Shown: positions 49,469 to 61,957 of the stretch, piece by piece
Layout: each line of letters opens with the position of its first letter
Numbering within the stretch: the stretch's first letter is position 1
NCBI GenBank assembly: GCA_036785375.1
Contig: JAWMAR010000486.1
Span: 1,054,001-1,118,000, forward strand
DNA from: Leucoraja ocellata
Lineage: Eukaryota
Length of the DNA: 64,000 nt
Direction: 5' to 3'
The notes under the pieces: generated by a model
Databases searched by the model: none
What the model was told of the DNA's origin: nothing
What the model saw: the letters and a program-made list of their open reading frames with translations, nothing else
Translations under genes and position numbers: made by a program

Positions 49469-50369
49469 ATTTTACTTGGAGTCAACATGCAGTAAATGTG
49501 CTTCTAAGTTCAAAAAGAGTCAGAAATAATGTGGGATTGAGAGATATTAGTTGGGTGTCATGTTGAGAGCCCTTCACTGCATTAGCTACATTGCAACTAA
49601 CATGGAATTGCAGAATGTTGACAAAAACTACAAACTATTGTGTTCTGGTGTTTAATAAATTAATAAAATGCCCAATAAATAATTGACCAAGATGCAAATT
49701 GTCCCTGGGACAGTTGGTCCCTGAATGAATGGGTTCCATCTAAGATGTCCAAAAGTTGAGTTTGTCCATAAGTTAAAAAATAAACCGGGAAATCACTCAA
49801 TATTGTAACCAGTATTGTAATGAAAGGCATCAAAAGCACATAACACTGATAAGAAAGAACAAATATGAACAGTGGTGTAAGACAGGAAACTATTTCTGCC
49901 ATTTGTAGGAATGAACGCATGTGCTTACTTTGGACTTTATTGAATTTAATAATATTTTGGGAATTTGTTTGTACATAGGGGTGTCCATAATCAGATCTTC
50001 ATAACCCAGGTACAGCCTGCACAAAAATATCAACGTTTACTCCGTGGGATATCGGAGAAGATGTCGGTCAACAAAAAACGACACCAACACTCACAGTAAG
50101 GTGAACTTGCGTGATATGGTTTACTTATAGTGACAGAAAGGTCCAGGCGTGCGTAGGGGTGCTATCCCTCATCATCAGTGTGCAGGTTGTGAGGTGCTGG
50201 CAATCTCGGGCTTTTCCCGGCAGTTATCATGGTCTTGAAGGAGGTGGCACAGAAATCTCAGGCTCTCGAGAGGAGGTGCTGCCGGTTTCAGGCTTGTCCT
50301 GGCAGCTCAGCTTTGGGTTTGAAGAGGAGGCACTGGCGGTCCCAGGCTTATCCTGGGGGCTCAATCTTT

Positions 50370-51450
50370 GAATTGAATTGAATTGAATTGAATTTCCTTT
50401 ATTGTCATTCAGACCTTACGGTCTGAACGAAATTTCGTGCCTGCAGTCATACATACAATGATACAATAATAAACAACAATAAACACAAATTAACATCCAC
50501 CACAGTGAGTCCTCCAAACACCTCCTCACTGTGGGGAGGCAAAAATCTTAGGGCTGCAGTCTCTTCCCTCCTCTTCTCCCTCTGCGCTGAGGTGATTCCC
50601 CACCGGGCGATGGTACAAACAGTCCCGCAGCTCACCGAACCCCGCGAACGGGCCGGTTCAAACACTGCGGCCCGGGGTGGTCGAAGCCGCCGCACCTCCA
50701 GTCCAGCACATGCAGCCGCCGGCCCGCGGCTGAACCCAGGACTCTGGACACCGCCGCCAGAACGTCGTCCCAGCCACCGGAGCACCGTCCCAGCCCCCGG
50801 ACGGGATCGCCCTCACGTGAGTACCGTTCCACCTTCGGGCTGGGCCACTCCAGCGGGAGTGCCGTTCCACCCTCGGGCTGGGCCACTCCGACGGGAGTGC
50901 CGTTCCTCCCTCGGGCTGGGCCACTCCGACGGGAGTACCGTTCCACCCTTGGGCTGGGCCACTCCAGCGGGAGTGCCGTTCCTCCCTCGGGCTGGGCCAC
51001 TCCAGCGGGAGTGCCGTTCCACCCTCGGGCTGGGCCACTCCAGCGGGAGTGCCGTTCCTCCCTCGGGCTGGGCCACTCCGACGGGAGTGCCGTTGGGCTG
51101 GGCCACTCCAGCCCCTCACCATGCCGCTCTCACGGGAGCACCGTTCCATCCCGGGCTGGGCCGGGAGCGAGCCCAGGACGAGTCCTGTCAGCTGCCTCCA
51201 GAGTCCCGAGGTCGCCGGCTCCGCTAGGCCTCAGCGTAGACGGAGGCAGAGAAGGGGGATACGACAAAAAGGTCGTATTCCCCCGAAGGGAGTGACAGCA
51301 GCCCCCGTTTCACCCCCCACCCCCCTCCCCACATAAACACAGCCTAAAAACCAAAAACATAACTAGACAAAACGAAAAAAAACAACACAAAAAAGTAAAA
51401 GACAAACGGACTGCAGGCGAGCCGCAGCCGTTCCCAGCGCCGCCACTTCC
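50370..51450 (-). mobile_element. Apparently full-length non-autonomous retroposon with Rex1-type tail
   Basis: 5' end GGAAGTGGCGGCGC at 51450; 3' stem-loop ttcagaccgtaaggtctgaa, AATAAA, (AATTC)n tail; TTTG on both flanks; very CpG-rich, so probably young. Confidence 0.75.
50818..51111. repeat. 38-bp GC-rich minisatellite, about 8 copies
   Basis: Unit GGGAGTGCCGTTCC(A/T)CCCTCGGGCTGGGCCACTCC(AG/GA)C, head-to-tail with no spacers; last copy has an internal deletion. Confidence 0.95.
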
Positions 51451-52407
51451 TTTGCTTCTATATGTGGGCTCAGTCCCTTGTTGTCTGTGGACAGGTAAGA
51501 GGCACTGGTGGTCTCAAGCTTGCTCTCGCCACTCAGTCTTGGCCTCAGAGGAGACACTGACTAGCTAAGGCTTGTCCCGGCAACTCAGTCTTCACCACAA
51601 AATGAGAAGGTGGTGCCTCGGTTTGTCCCAGTGACTCTGTCTTCCTCCAGACCTACAACAGGGGGACACAGCTAGCAGGGAGGCACACCACTTTCTCTCT
51701 TTTTCTCTCTTTTTCTGTTCCTCTTTTTTTCCCCTATTTTTCCCCTCTCCCTCTCTTGCTGGAACATCCCAGTTTATAAGGAATAGGCTGACGACGTCCA
51801 GGTAGGCCGATCCAATATAAACTAATTGCACACAGCAATACTTATTTAGCTGTGTCCTCAGCTCAATGGTGCTGAGGTTTGGCCTCTCCTGACCCGTCTG
51901 CTGGTGATGAAGATCAGAGCGGCATCCAAGGGAAGGGGCTCTGTCACAACTGATAATTCTGCAGCAGGTTACAATCACAGGAACAAAAGACTACATGGGC
52001 TTCAAAAGCTGGAATTATTCATGTTGCATCCAGTGCTGTCAAAAGAGAGCACAGGCATGTTATCCCTGAATTCATTGTATGGTAAATAAATAATAATTAT
52101 AATTATAATGCAATGATGCAAAAATCCACTCCTGAGAATAAATTACTGATTCTTTGTTGCTGTGTTTCAGCCAGCCCATTAAAGATTCAATGGTCTCACA
52201 CAGTAATTCATCCTGTAGCCTCAGGTCCATTTTATTTTGGAGTTTGCAGGTACACTACTGTGTTACAAGTCATGTGTGATGCAGCCTAAAGTCACAAAGC
52301 TGTCTGCTGAAATAATGATGCAAAGGGACACAAAAGGCACATATTTACCCACCCTGACATGATATTTTTAGGGTAGATTTAAATGTATCCTCTGGGATAG
52401 GAATCTC

Positions 52408-52503
52408 AGTCTGATAAAGGGTCTCGACCCAAAACGTCACCTATACCTTTTCTCCAGAGATGCTGCCTAACCCGCTGAGTTTCTCCAGAATATTGTATCT
52501 ATC
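52408..52503 (+). mobile_element. Penelope-associated short repeat
   Basis: cagtCTGATAAagggtctcgacccaaaacGTCacc. Confidence 0.75.
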
Positions 52504-53027
52504 TTACAGGGCATTCATCTGTTCTTGAAATTATATAGAGCCTATTGACTGCATGGTCAACTCCCAATGAAAGAACTCTCAATGAAAAATCATTTTAGCA
52601 TATTCTTTCACTAAGTGAGATCATGATTGATCCATGTACTCACCTTTGCCACATATACCTTAATACTCCCAATTAACAAAATGCCATCAAAACTTTGCAT
52701 TGGGTAGGTAAATACCAGCGATTACCAAATTGCAGTGTTAGAAATCTCTTTCCATTTATCCTCTTTTGTGAATGGCTCTGCTTCTTGCCAGATTAAGTTC
52801 CATGGTTACTGGGAGACCTCCAGATCTTCCTCCAGAGCTCTCTGTAACATTGAGTGATGGAAATCAAAATTGGACTATTCAGTTAACACTGTACATAATA
52901 CCAAATCAATTTTCTCCAATTTGCTTAAAGAAAATAAATACAGGGAATTATGTAGAAAATCCTCTTTTCATAAATTAGAAACAAGGAACTGCATATGCTG
53001 GTTTATACCAAAGATAGACACAAAATT

Positions 53028-53060
53028 CTGAAGAAGGGTCCCGACCTGAAACGTCACCCA
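53028..53060 (+). ncRNA. Minimal hammerhead ribozyme-like motif in a Penelope-associated repeat (52975-53121)
   Basis: CTGAAGA-a-GGGTC-cc-GACCT-GAAA-C-GTC: intact CUGANGA and GAAA boxes, stem II, GUC triplet. Stem I partner is missing in this copy. Confidence 0.55.
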
Positions 53061-53161
53061 TCCTTTTTCTCCAGAGATGCTGCCTGATCCGTTGAGTTAC
53101 TCCAGGATTTTGTGTCTATTCTCTTTTCATAAATGTGTTAATAAGTGATAAGTGATAATAA

Positions 53162-53467
53162 GGCGGCAAGATGGTGCAGCGATAGAGTTGCTGCCTTACA
53201 GCTCCAGAAACCTGGGTTCGATCCTGACTATAGTTACTGTCTGTGCGGAGTTTCTATGTTCTCCCCGTGACCACATGGGTTTTCGATGGGTGCTCCAGTT
53301 TCCTCCCACACTCCAAAGATGCACAGGTTTGTAGCTTAATTGTCTTCAGTTTAAAAAAATTGTAAACTGTTCCTAGCGTGTGCTAGTGTAATGGGGAATG
53401 CTGGTCAGTGCAGACTCAGTGTGCCGAAAGGCCTGTTGCCGCGTTGTAACTCTAAATTAAACTAAAC
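53162..53467 (+). mobile_element. HE1-like tRNA-derived SINE
   Basis: A/B boxes (gggttcgatcc), core, (CTAAA)n tail. Confidence 0.9.
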
Positions 53468-53739
53468 AGGCTATGGTGGAGATAAAACGTGTATTAATAC
53501 TACTGTGCAATAAGTGTTAAGTAAGGACGGTTTGCACAATGAGTTTTGGCAAATTGTTCTAATGAACACAGCCATTACTTAAGACTTATTGCCTTCAATA
53601 AGAAAAGTTTTGTTGATAGCTCTACTATATTATTTCATTGTGGATTTTTGGAGGATTTTGCAAGGACATCATTTACTGTGCACCATGTAATGACCCACCA
53701 TGTTGAAGTGCTGCCATCTTCTAGTGAAAGTGCTCCCTT

Positions 53740-54560
53740 AGTGATATCGGGTTGGGCGTTACATGATTTAGATGTAGCAGCAAAGAAGGAATGCTGAAAT
53801 ATTTCAAAGTCAGGATGGTGAGCATTTTGGAAAGGAACCTCTGATGATCCGAAGTTCTTGATGTTAGATGTTGCAGTTTTGGGAGATGCTGCTAAGTAGC
53901 ACAATGAATAAATGCAGTGCAATTTGTAGATGGCACATACTGTGGCCAACGTTAGTGATGAAGGGCCTGAATAATTAAAGTGGGGCATGGAATATCTAAC
54001 AATTAGGCTGTTTTGTCTGGATGGTGTCAACAACCTTGTGTGTTGTTCCAAATGCATTTGTCCAGGATAGTGGAGAGTCTCATCACACTCCTGACCTGTA
54101 CTTCATGAGGCCACGTGTGGAGTCATTCACCACAGGATACTTCGCCTCTGAGTTGCCCTTGTAGCCAAGATATTTATGATGCTGAAAATGAAAAGAAAAC
54201 CTGCAGATACTAGATATCTAAAATATAAACAGAAACTGCCGGAAATACCCAGCATGTCAGGCTCTATCTGTGGGAAGCGAAACAGAGTGAACAATTCAAG
54301 TTTGTTTCTTCACCCGCCAGCCCCAAGTTGTCAATAATGGCGCTATAATGTTGAATGCCATAGGGTTGGCAGTTGAACCTCTCTTGCTGGAGATGACTAT
54401 TAACTGATACTATTGTGGCTCCAAAGTTACTTGTCACAACAAGCAATGCTTGCATATTGTCTAGGGCTTGCCATGTGGAGATTTAGATTGCTTCATTTAC
54501 CAAGAAATTGTGAATGGAATTCAACATTGTGTATTCCCACTTCTGGCATTCTGATGGAAT
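53740..54560 (-). mobile_element. Ancient LINE remnant
   Basis: LATVCAIYKLHC resembles an ORF2 C-terminal motif of old chondrichthyan CR1-like LINEs; similar decay at 58100-58800. Confidence 0.45.
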
Positions 54561-55254
54561 AATTAAGTGTCTAGATTCATACCTAACAGTTATGATCCAA
54601 CTGAGTAGCCTGCTGGGCTACTTCAGAGAAAACATATGAGTCAACTACACAGATAGCTCTAAAGTTAAACAATGGAAGATTTCCTTCCAGAAGATCTTTT
54701 TTTTTTAAACACTGCAATCCAGTACTTTTTGGTCAACATTATTAACTATCAGTTTATTTTTAATTCCAAATTATTAACTAAATTGAAATTCCAGCACTGT
54801 TTATGGTATCAGATGTTGTGAGGAAGTATCTCCATGAGCTATCATACTTTGCTGCCCCATTTGAAACAGTTTAAATGTTCAAACAGTGATGCTATTTGTT
54901 GAAAATAGAGTACAGGGTTCTCCATGTACAGTTGTATTGATGACATGCAGTGTCCATGGCACATATGTTGATGAGCTTAACAGATACAAGTATTTGGTTG
55001 TATCTGTAATGAGTGGAAATGCTCCTGAGGTTGAACAATCTTATCCTGGGAGAGGAAGCTGAACAGCCAAATTCAACAACCCTAGAATAGGAAGTCAATT
55101 ATTGTTGCTGTAGAGTAGCATAGACATGCAATGGTGAGTCTCCTAGTGACATGAACTAGGGAAGGCCACTTCCTATTATAAAAACCTTGCAGAGAAATGT
55201 TTTTGAGAGCTACAGGTTTGACATGTGCAAGCTGAAACTGGATGAAACAATTAG

Positions 55255-55632
55255 GTCATAAGGTTATAAGTGGTAGGAGCAGAATTAGGACATTTGGCCC
55301 ATCAGATCTTCTTCCATTCAACCATGGCTGATCCATCTCTCTCTCCTAACCCCATTATCCTGCTTTCTCCTTATAACCCCTGAGACCTGTATTAATCAAG
55401 AATCTATCTATGCCTTAAAAATATCCATTGGTGGCCTCCATAACCTTCTGTGTCAAATAATTCCACAGATTCGCCACCCGCTGACTGAAGAAATTCCTCC
55501 TCATCTCCTCCTTAAAGGAACATCCTCTAATTCTAAGGCTATGACCTCTTGTCCTAGACTCTCCCACTAGTGGAAATTTCTTCCCCACATCCACCCTATT
55601 CAAGCCATTCACTGTTCGATAAGTTTCAATTG
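55255..55632 (-). mobile_element. CR1-clade LINE 3' fragment
   Basis: IETYRTVNGLNRVDVGKKFPLVGESRTRGHSLRIRG...FFSQRVANLWN. Confidence 0.9.
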
Positions 55633-57152
55633 GTGAATACATGGTCAGAATGAAGATGTTGACAAATAAACGCAATTTCCAGACCTTTTTGGATGGGCAT
55701 TGTGAGATCACTTGGTGTACAGACTAGCAAATAAGAGAATGAAGGTGAAACTATCTGATCCGGGTGCCTTAGCATTCAAGGGAGCATGTAGAATAGCCAT
55801 GTGCATGGAAGCCATGTTCAAATATCTGAGGAGGATTCATTCAGGACAAGATTCTGAAGTGCAAGCAGGACACAAATCGACAGAGAGGGTAAAGGCAGTG
55901 AAATCTATTTTACATCATCACGTGGGCACCTTACAGAGGTTCAGAGGGAATCAGCAGGTCATGTGAGTGCAAAGGTTTAAAAGGCTGCAACTCACATGGA
56001 TGCAGATAGTGCAAGGCCTTGACACTGATTTTACGGGAGCTGCCTGGTCTCAGAATGTAAAACTGAGAAGCTTGGAGACAATCCAGATGGGGAAGGTAAA
56101 GGAGATGACTTCAAATCTTCAAAAGGGAAAGAATGAAAATGAAAATTCTGGAGTCAAAGGGAGGTTTGAGTGAGAGTTTGATTACAATCTGTGTGTAATG
56201 AGAGGTAAGGAGACATGTTGTGACAGTTTATGATATCCATTAAAATATCTAATTCAATGTATAATTGTAAATGCTACAGTTGGTAAGTTACTAGTCCTGT
56301 ATATGTCCAGGTGACAATTGGAGTCACTTAAGTCCATGTAGTTCAAGGGTATTTATAGTTATGAAGTCATTTATGATGAAGTAACAATCAGAGAGAGAAT
56401 GTAAAATGATATGTATAGTGAAGCATATTAGGAAAAGTAATACTCGGGTTACCAGTGCTTGCTTGAATATATCACTTCCAGTGACAAGTTTGTAGAGATT
56501 TTAGGGGTGGAAGCAGTATTGTGGATTAAATGTAAGTATATTTTTAAATACTGTACTATATGGTGTGACTTTTGACACATCTCTGCATCAGATACTGCTG
56601 TTTGTTGAGAGTTCTTGCTTTCAATAAAGGTAGTTTTATTGTAGACTACAGTACCTCTGTTATTTGCTCAGGCAAGCAGCAATACCAAAATAAAACCCTG
56701 CAGGCATTACAGTCATGTGGACATCAATTGGGAATATAAAATGTCCATAGGATTTACTTTAAGTTTGTATTTTGACTATATATCTATATTTTATCAGGTG
56801 GAAATACATTCCACAATGGCCAGATTTAATTCCTATCATTTCATTAGCTGATTTGTGCTGTGCTGTTATTTTATTAACAAGAACATTGATGAAAGACTTA
56901 TGATCTAATTGACTTCTAGCTTGTAATTAAGCAAAGCTTATAAACAAAAGGATTCCCAAAAGTTTTAAAACTTGATTTGCACATTATTTAGAATTTTTAT
57001 TTTTCGCTTTCCAGCATAATTATGATAATTTTATAATTTTATGTAAATAAACTGTAAATATAAGACAATATGACTAGTTCTGCAGCACACCTTCATTACA
57101 ACAAAATGTTGTCATTATCTTTTCCAATTTTATTGGTATTTTCAACCCTTTA

Positions 57153-57739
57153 AGGGCCTGTCCCACTTGGGCGACCTAATCCGCGAGTTCTGGCGAGTTT
57201 GCCCTCGACTCATACTCGCAGCATGGTCGACACGAGGCCGTAGGACCTCGTAACACTTCGTAATCTTCGTAACTCTCCTCATGCTCGAGAGTGGTCTCCG
57301 CGTACTCGAGGCCGCAGCTAGGTCACGGCTTTTTTTTTTCAATATGTTAAAAATGCCCGCGAGTAAAAAAAGGTCGCCATGGAAAATATTGATACTTTTT
57401 TTACTCGTAGGTTTAGTCGTAGTAGGTTGCAGTAGGTTGTCATGTTAGTCGTAGGTAATCGAGGGCAGTCGAAGGCAGTCGTAGATAGTCTTCATCATCA
57501 TCGAACGGAGGTTGAAGGGAGGTCGAAGGAGATCGAAGGAGGTCATCTTCACTCTCCACTATTCGGTGTCCAATTTTCCCGAAGTTAGTCGTAGCTAGTC
57601 GTAGCTAGTTGAAGCTGGTCTTCAACAGTCGAAGGAGGTCGAAGGAGGTCTTCTGCATAGTCGAAGGAGGTCTTCAACATGTCATTTTTTCAAACTCTTT
57701 TAAACTCACCAGTTAGGTCGCCCAAGTGGGACAGCCCCT
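57153..57739. mobile_element. PIF/Harbinger-type MITE, longer subfamily
   Basis: TIRs aggg(c/g)ctgtcccacttgggcgacctaa; TTA TSD at 57150-57152 and 57740-57742; internal GTCGTAG/GTCGAAGGA short repeats. Confidence 0.85.
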
Positions 57740-59569
57740 TTAGAATTTTACGGTGTTCATGTTGGAATTTACTCTCCAAACATGAATCCCCTTATTTGTT
57801 TACCTGTGAACACAACTTCCTGTTCTTCAGAAAAAACAACTAGTTTAGTTTACCATTTGAATCAATCATTTGGATGGAAAGTGCTGTCAAATTGGAGACG
57901 TGCTAAATTTGGAATTTTAAATTATTTTGGGAACCTCCAAGGGATTATTAATAAGATGACGCCCAGGATCAGATATTAATGACTGGGGTCTCAGTGACAC
58001 AAATGTGATTGAATGTTAAAGGGACATGGTCAGGTTCTCTTGTTGGATATGATTATTGCCTGGCAGTTTTGTAGTACGAGTGCTCCATTCCACTTATTTA
58101 TCAGTCTATCCCTCAATGTTGTTGACATCTTGCTACGTGCTAATATGGACTGTTTCACTTGCTGAGGCGTTGATTGAAATTTAACATGTTGCAATTATCA
58201 GCAATAATACCCATTTCTGACTTTATTTTGGATGGAAAATCACGAATCAATGTAGATGGTTGTGCCTTAGGCACTGGCCTGAGAAAATCCTGCAAGTGAT
58301 GCCTCGATGCTGGTTAAATTGACCCCCAATAACTACAACAATATTCCTGTGTGCAGGGTATTAATCCAACCTGCGGAATATTTCCTCTTCAAACTTATTG
58401 ATCTCGGTGTTACAGGGACATCTTGATGCCTCATTTGGTCAAATGCTGCCTTGATGTCAACAACAGTGTCACTTTATGCTTGTGATTAAATTCTTAGGTC
58501 CGTGTTTGCAGCAATGTTGTGATGAGGTGAGGAGATGCGTAGTCCCAGTAAGAGCCAGAATGTGAATCAGTGGATTAGTTATTACTGAGTCAGTGCTGGT
58601 TGATAACAATGAAAAAGACACCTTCCACCACTTTGCTATGATCGAGAATGGACTGCTTGGGCAGTTTTATCTGACAAAAGTGGATTTATCTTGCTTCTTG
58701 TGAACATGTCAGACTCGGGCAGTTTTCCACATTGTTGGGTTATTGGAGTGTTGGTACCTTACATGAATAGCTTGGATAAAAGTTCAACTAATTTAACTAA
58801 ACATTGTGCATTCATCAAAGAACACCCCCCACCCCCCCCCCCCCCCCCTCCCCACTCCTGACATTATCAAGGCGATCATTCATAAAGCAATTGCAGATAT
58901 TTGCTCTCAGTCACCATTTTGAGACCCTCATGCAGTAATATCCTGACCTTCATTAACAACAGCCATTTACTTTTGAGTCTGGCTAATGGGGAACAACATA
59001 ACCTGTATGATTCCAATGATTTCCAGGTTCATCTGGATTCCATGGTGTGACCCAAACATAGCCTAGAATGTCATTTTTATACCTTAGTTTTGAGAACTGG
59101 AGCCGAGAACGTTTACTCAATTGTTGGTCAGTAAAAATATTTGTTTAAATCTAAGAAATATGTAATTGAAGCTAAAGTTAATGGAGCCTATCAGCATAAG
59201 TAAAAATACATCTTTATCTTAATTACTAATGCTGTTATAACCAAGGACTGGAAAGAAATTAGTTCTGATGATAAAATGTTGTAATTTAACCCAATGGGTG
59301 GAAATGTATAATTGTTGGCACTTTTCCAATAAAAACAGAATAAGTAGCAGTACCATAATTTAATTACTGGTTACAAATCCCCAACATATGGACACTGTTA
59401 CACATGACCAAGCTCCCCTAATGTAATTAAATTCAAATTTTGACATACATACACATGTTCATTCCTACGAACAGCAGAACTCGTTTCTGTCCTCTCTCTC
59501 CACTTTTCATAATTGTTCTTTCTTGTTCTTTCATATCAGTCTTTATCTGCTTCTGATGCCGTTACTACA

Positions 59570-60150
59570 CTACTGCAGAGGAATGGTTACCATATCGATG
59601 ATATGGTTCTCCACTCTACTTTTGACCTCTTGGACAACAAGAACATGTGTATCAGACAGTTTATCATCATCAACTTGGCATTCATTCCCTTTAAACGTCA
59701 TTAAACTGGAGGAACTGGGTCTCTTCTCATCCCAATACAACTGCTCGCTCGACTTCGAATGATCAAGAACACTTCCTCCTCACTGACCATCAGCATTGGC
59801 CACATCAGTCCACTGCTCCACCTTATGACATTTGGTTGAATGGTGCCTGAACAAACTTGCTCTCAGCATTAGCAAGTCCAAGGGCTGATTGTTGACTTCA
59901 GGAAAGGAGAGGGACCATGCACCTGCTTTATCAGCGTGATGGCAATGGAGAGAATCAACAACTTCAAGTTCTTGGGTGTGCACAATTTGTTTGCACTATT
60001 ATAATATGGTTGCCCAGTAAAACTGATAATTTATTTTATTGATTTTTATTGTATATTTATTTGTTGTGTTGATGTGTTAATATATCTGTAAAGTTGTAGC
60101 AAGTAAGAATGTAATTGTTCCATTCCTGGTGCATATAATAATTAAACCCT
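59570..60150 (+). mobile_element. Degraded, internally deleted Rex1/Babar fragment
   Basis: LDNKNMCIRQFII and ttgttgacttcaggaa...acttcaagttcttggg parallel 5100-5625. Confidence 0.65.
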
Positions 60151-60177
60151 TGATTTTGTGCATTTTATGACCTTTTA

Positions 60178-61465
60178 GTAGTGCTGTTACAAAACTTACC
60201 TTCAGCGGCGCTGCAGTTCTGCCACTGGCCGTGTGCGTGACTTTGGCGCCTTTGGGGGGAGGGGGGCGGGATTAAAATGCTGTTTTGTACAGCCTGTCTG
60301 AGGCAGACTTCCTCGGGCTGCTAGCTGCTGATGAAAAATTGATCGGACTTTAGTTTGCGCTATATTTAAAACACAATTCGCTGGACAATTTAATATTTGG
60401 ATTAAAATAAAAAGCGACTTCTAACGCCCTCAACGCCTACAACGTGACGGATCGCAAGAATGGGACAAAACAAATGGTAAGTTGTATATTTTACATATAA
60501 TCTTGCTTCTTGGGATGGCTTTAATCTAATTTTACATTGCAAAAATGTTATTTGGGCCCCATACGAACCGGCAGTGTTTTTCCTGCCAATATGGAGTTCA
60601 AATTCACTGCAAATGCAACGTTGCAATCGATCGCGTTCCAGAAGCAAGATGATTAACATGACCATTTTTTTTGGACAATCATGTCATAGGCCCTCCAAAT
60701 TGTCTATATTTTATGTTATTCTCTCTCTATGATCATTATTTTTTAAACTAAATATTCACAGCAGTTTGAATCACATGTATTGTGCAAAAAGCAATAATTT
60801 TGATAATATTTTGAGAGGTTGTTTCTGGATTAATTTATGGGAATTAAACATTATATTCCTTCCATCTGGCATATAAATTCATGACCGTGAGAATATAAAA
60901 ATCATGTTATATTGTGAATTCCTGGGATTAGTTTGTTATTTGGATACTTAGGTATTTAAAAAATATATCCTTTTCTTAAGAAATGGAATCTACAGGACAT
61001 ATTATACAATAATATTAAAGTTCTAATCTTGAGAATATCACATTTTTGAATTTTCAAGGCAGTCTGGGTGTTTATTACTATTTCAGTCACAACGGTCAAT
61101 TTTGTAATTGGCTACAATTAGGTAATTAACTAATTATATGCTTTAATTTCAGGTCCAAAGAAGATGTTTTATGTTTGTTTCAGAATGCTTCAATCTATAA
61201 TAACTGAAAATTTCATTCAGTTCTCTTAATTTTTAAGAAAGTTATGGGCTTTTGACTGTCCTCGATCATAGCTTTTGTGTTAAGTCAATGGAAAAGCAAT
61301 AGGGAACAAGATGCTAATTTCCGAGTATGAAAATGGACATAACCTATTTAATACTGAAGATATGAAAATGAAATAGGTGTCAAATTAAACTTCCTTTATG
61401 CTTTATCTGATGGGATAAATTGCAGACTTGATTTTTAAAATCTCAAAATTTTGTGACATTGCTAC
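60178..61465. mobile_element. Non-autonomous DNA-transposon-like element (~1.29 kb), superfamily unassigned
   Basis: Imperfect TIRs gtagtgctgttacaaaa and (reverse complement) gtagcaatgtcacaaaa; TTTTA on both flanks; no ORF. Confidence 0.55.
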
Positions 61466-61793
61466 TTTTAGTTTAGAGATACAGCTCAGAAACAGGCCCT
61501 TCGGCCCACCGGGTCTGCACCGACATGCAACCCCCACACAATAACACTATTCTACACACACTAAGGACAATCTTTTTTTGCATTTTACATTTAAACAAAG
61601 CCATTTAACCTACAAACCTGTACGTCTTTGGAGTGTGGGAGGAAACTGAAGATTCTCGGAGAAAGCCCATGCAGTTCACGAGGACAATGTACAAAGTCTG
61701 TACAGACAAGCACCTGTAGTCAGGATCAAACCGAGGAGCTTTAAGTCAGTAGCTTTAAGTCAGTACCTCTACCGCTACGCATATGTGCCGCCC
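61466..61793 (-). mobile_element. HE1-like tRNA-derived SINE
   Basis: Tail tttagagatacagc, core tttggagtgtgggagg, rearranged head. Confidence 0.8.
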
Positions 61794-61957
61794 TTATAGA
61801 CAAAATTGACATGGCCATCTGTAAAAATGAAACTTGTTTATTACCAAGGGGTCGTCTGTACTTTTGCTTTAAAAGCTATGAAGTTATTCACATTGAAGCA
61901 TCCAAACCACCCATTCTATAAATTAATATGCAATCTGTCACAAATAGAAAGGAACTG

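Larger units (their letters stand above)
50062..51948 (-). mobile_element. Possible solo-LTR-like element split by a nested insertion
   Basis: TGT...ACA ends, TATA-like cttataaa near 51780, AGTAAA near 50122; a degenerate ~50-55-bp tandem unit continues on both sides of the 50370-51450 insert; no TSD found. Confidence 0.4.

Noticed and set aside
50818-51111. CRISPR-like array
   Set aside because: Units are contiguous with no unique spacers, there are no cas genes, and the context is a vertebrate retroposon.
50447-51336. Long overlapping ORFs (up to 240 aa)
   Set aside because: Artefact of a GC-rich, stop-poor tandem repeat open in several frames on both strands.
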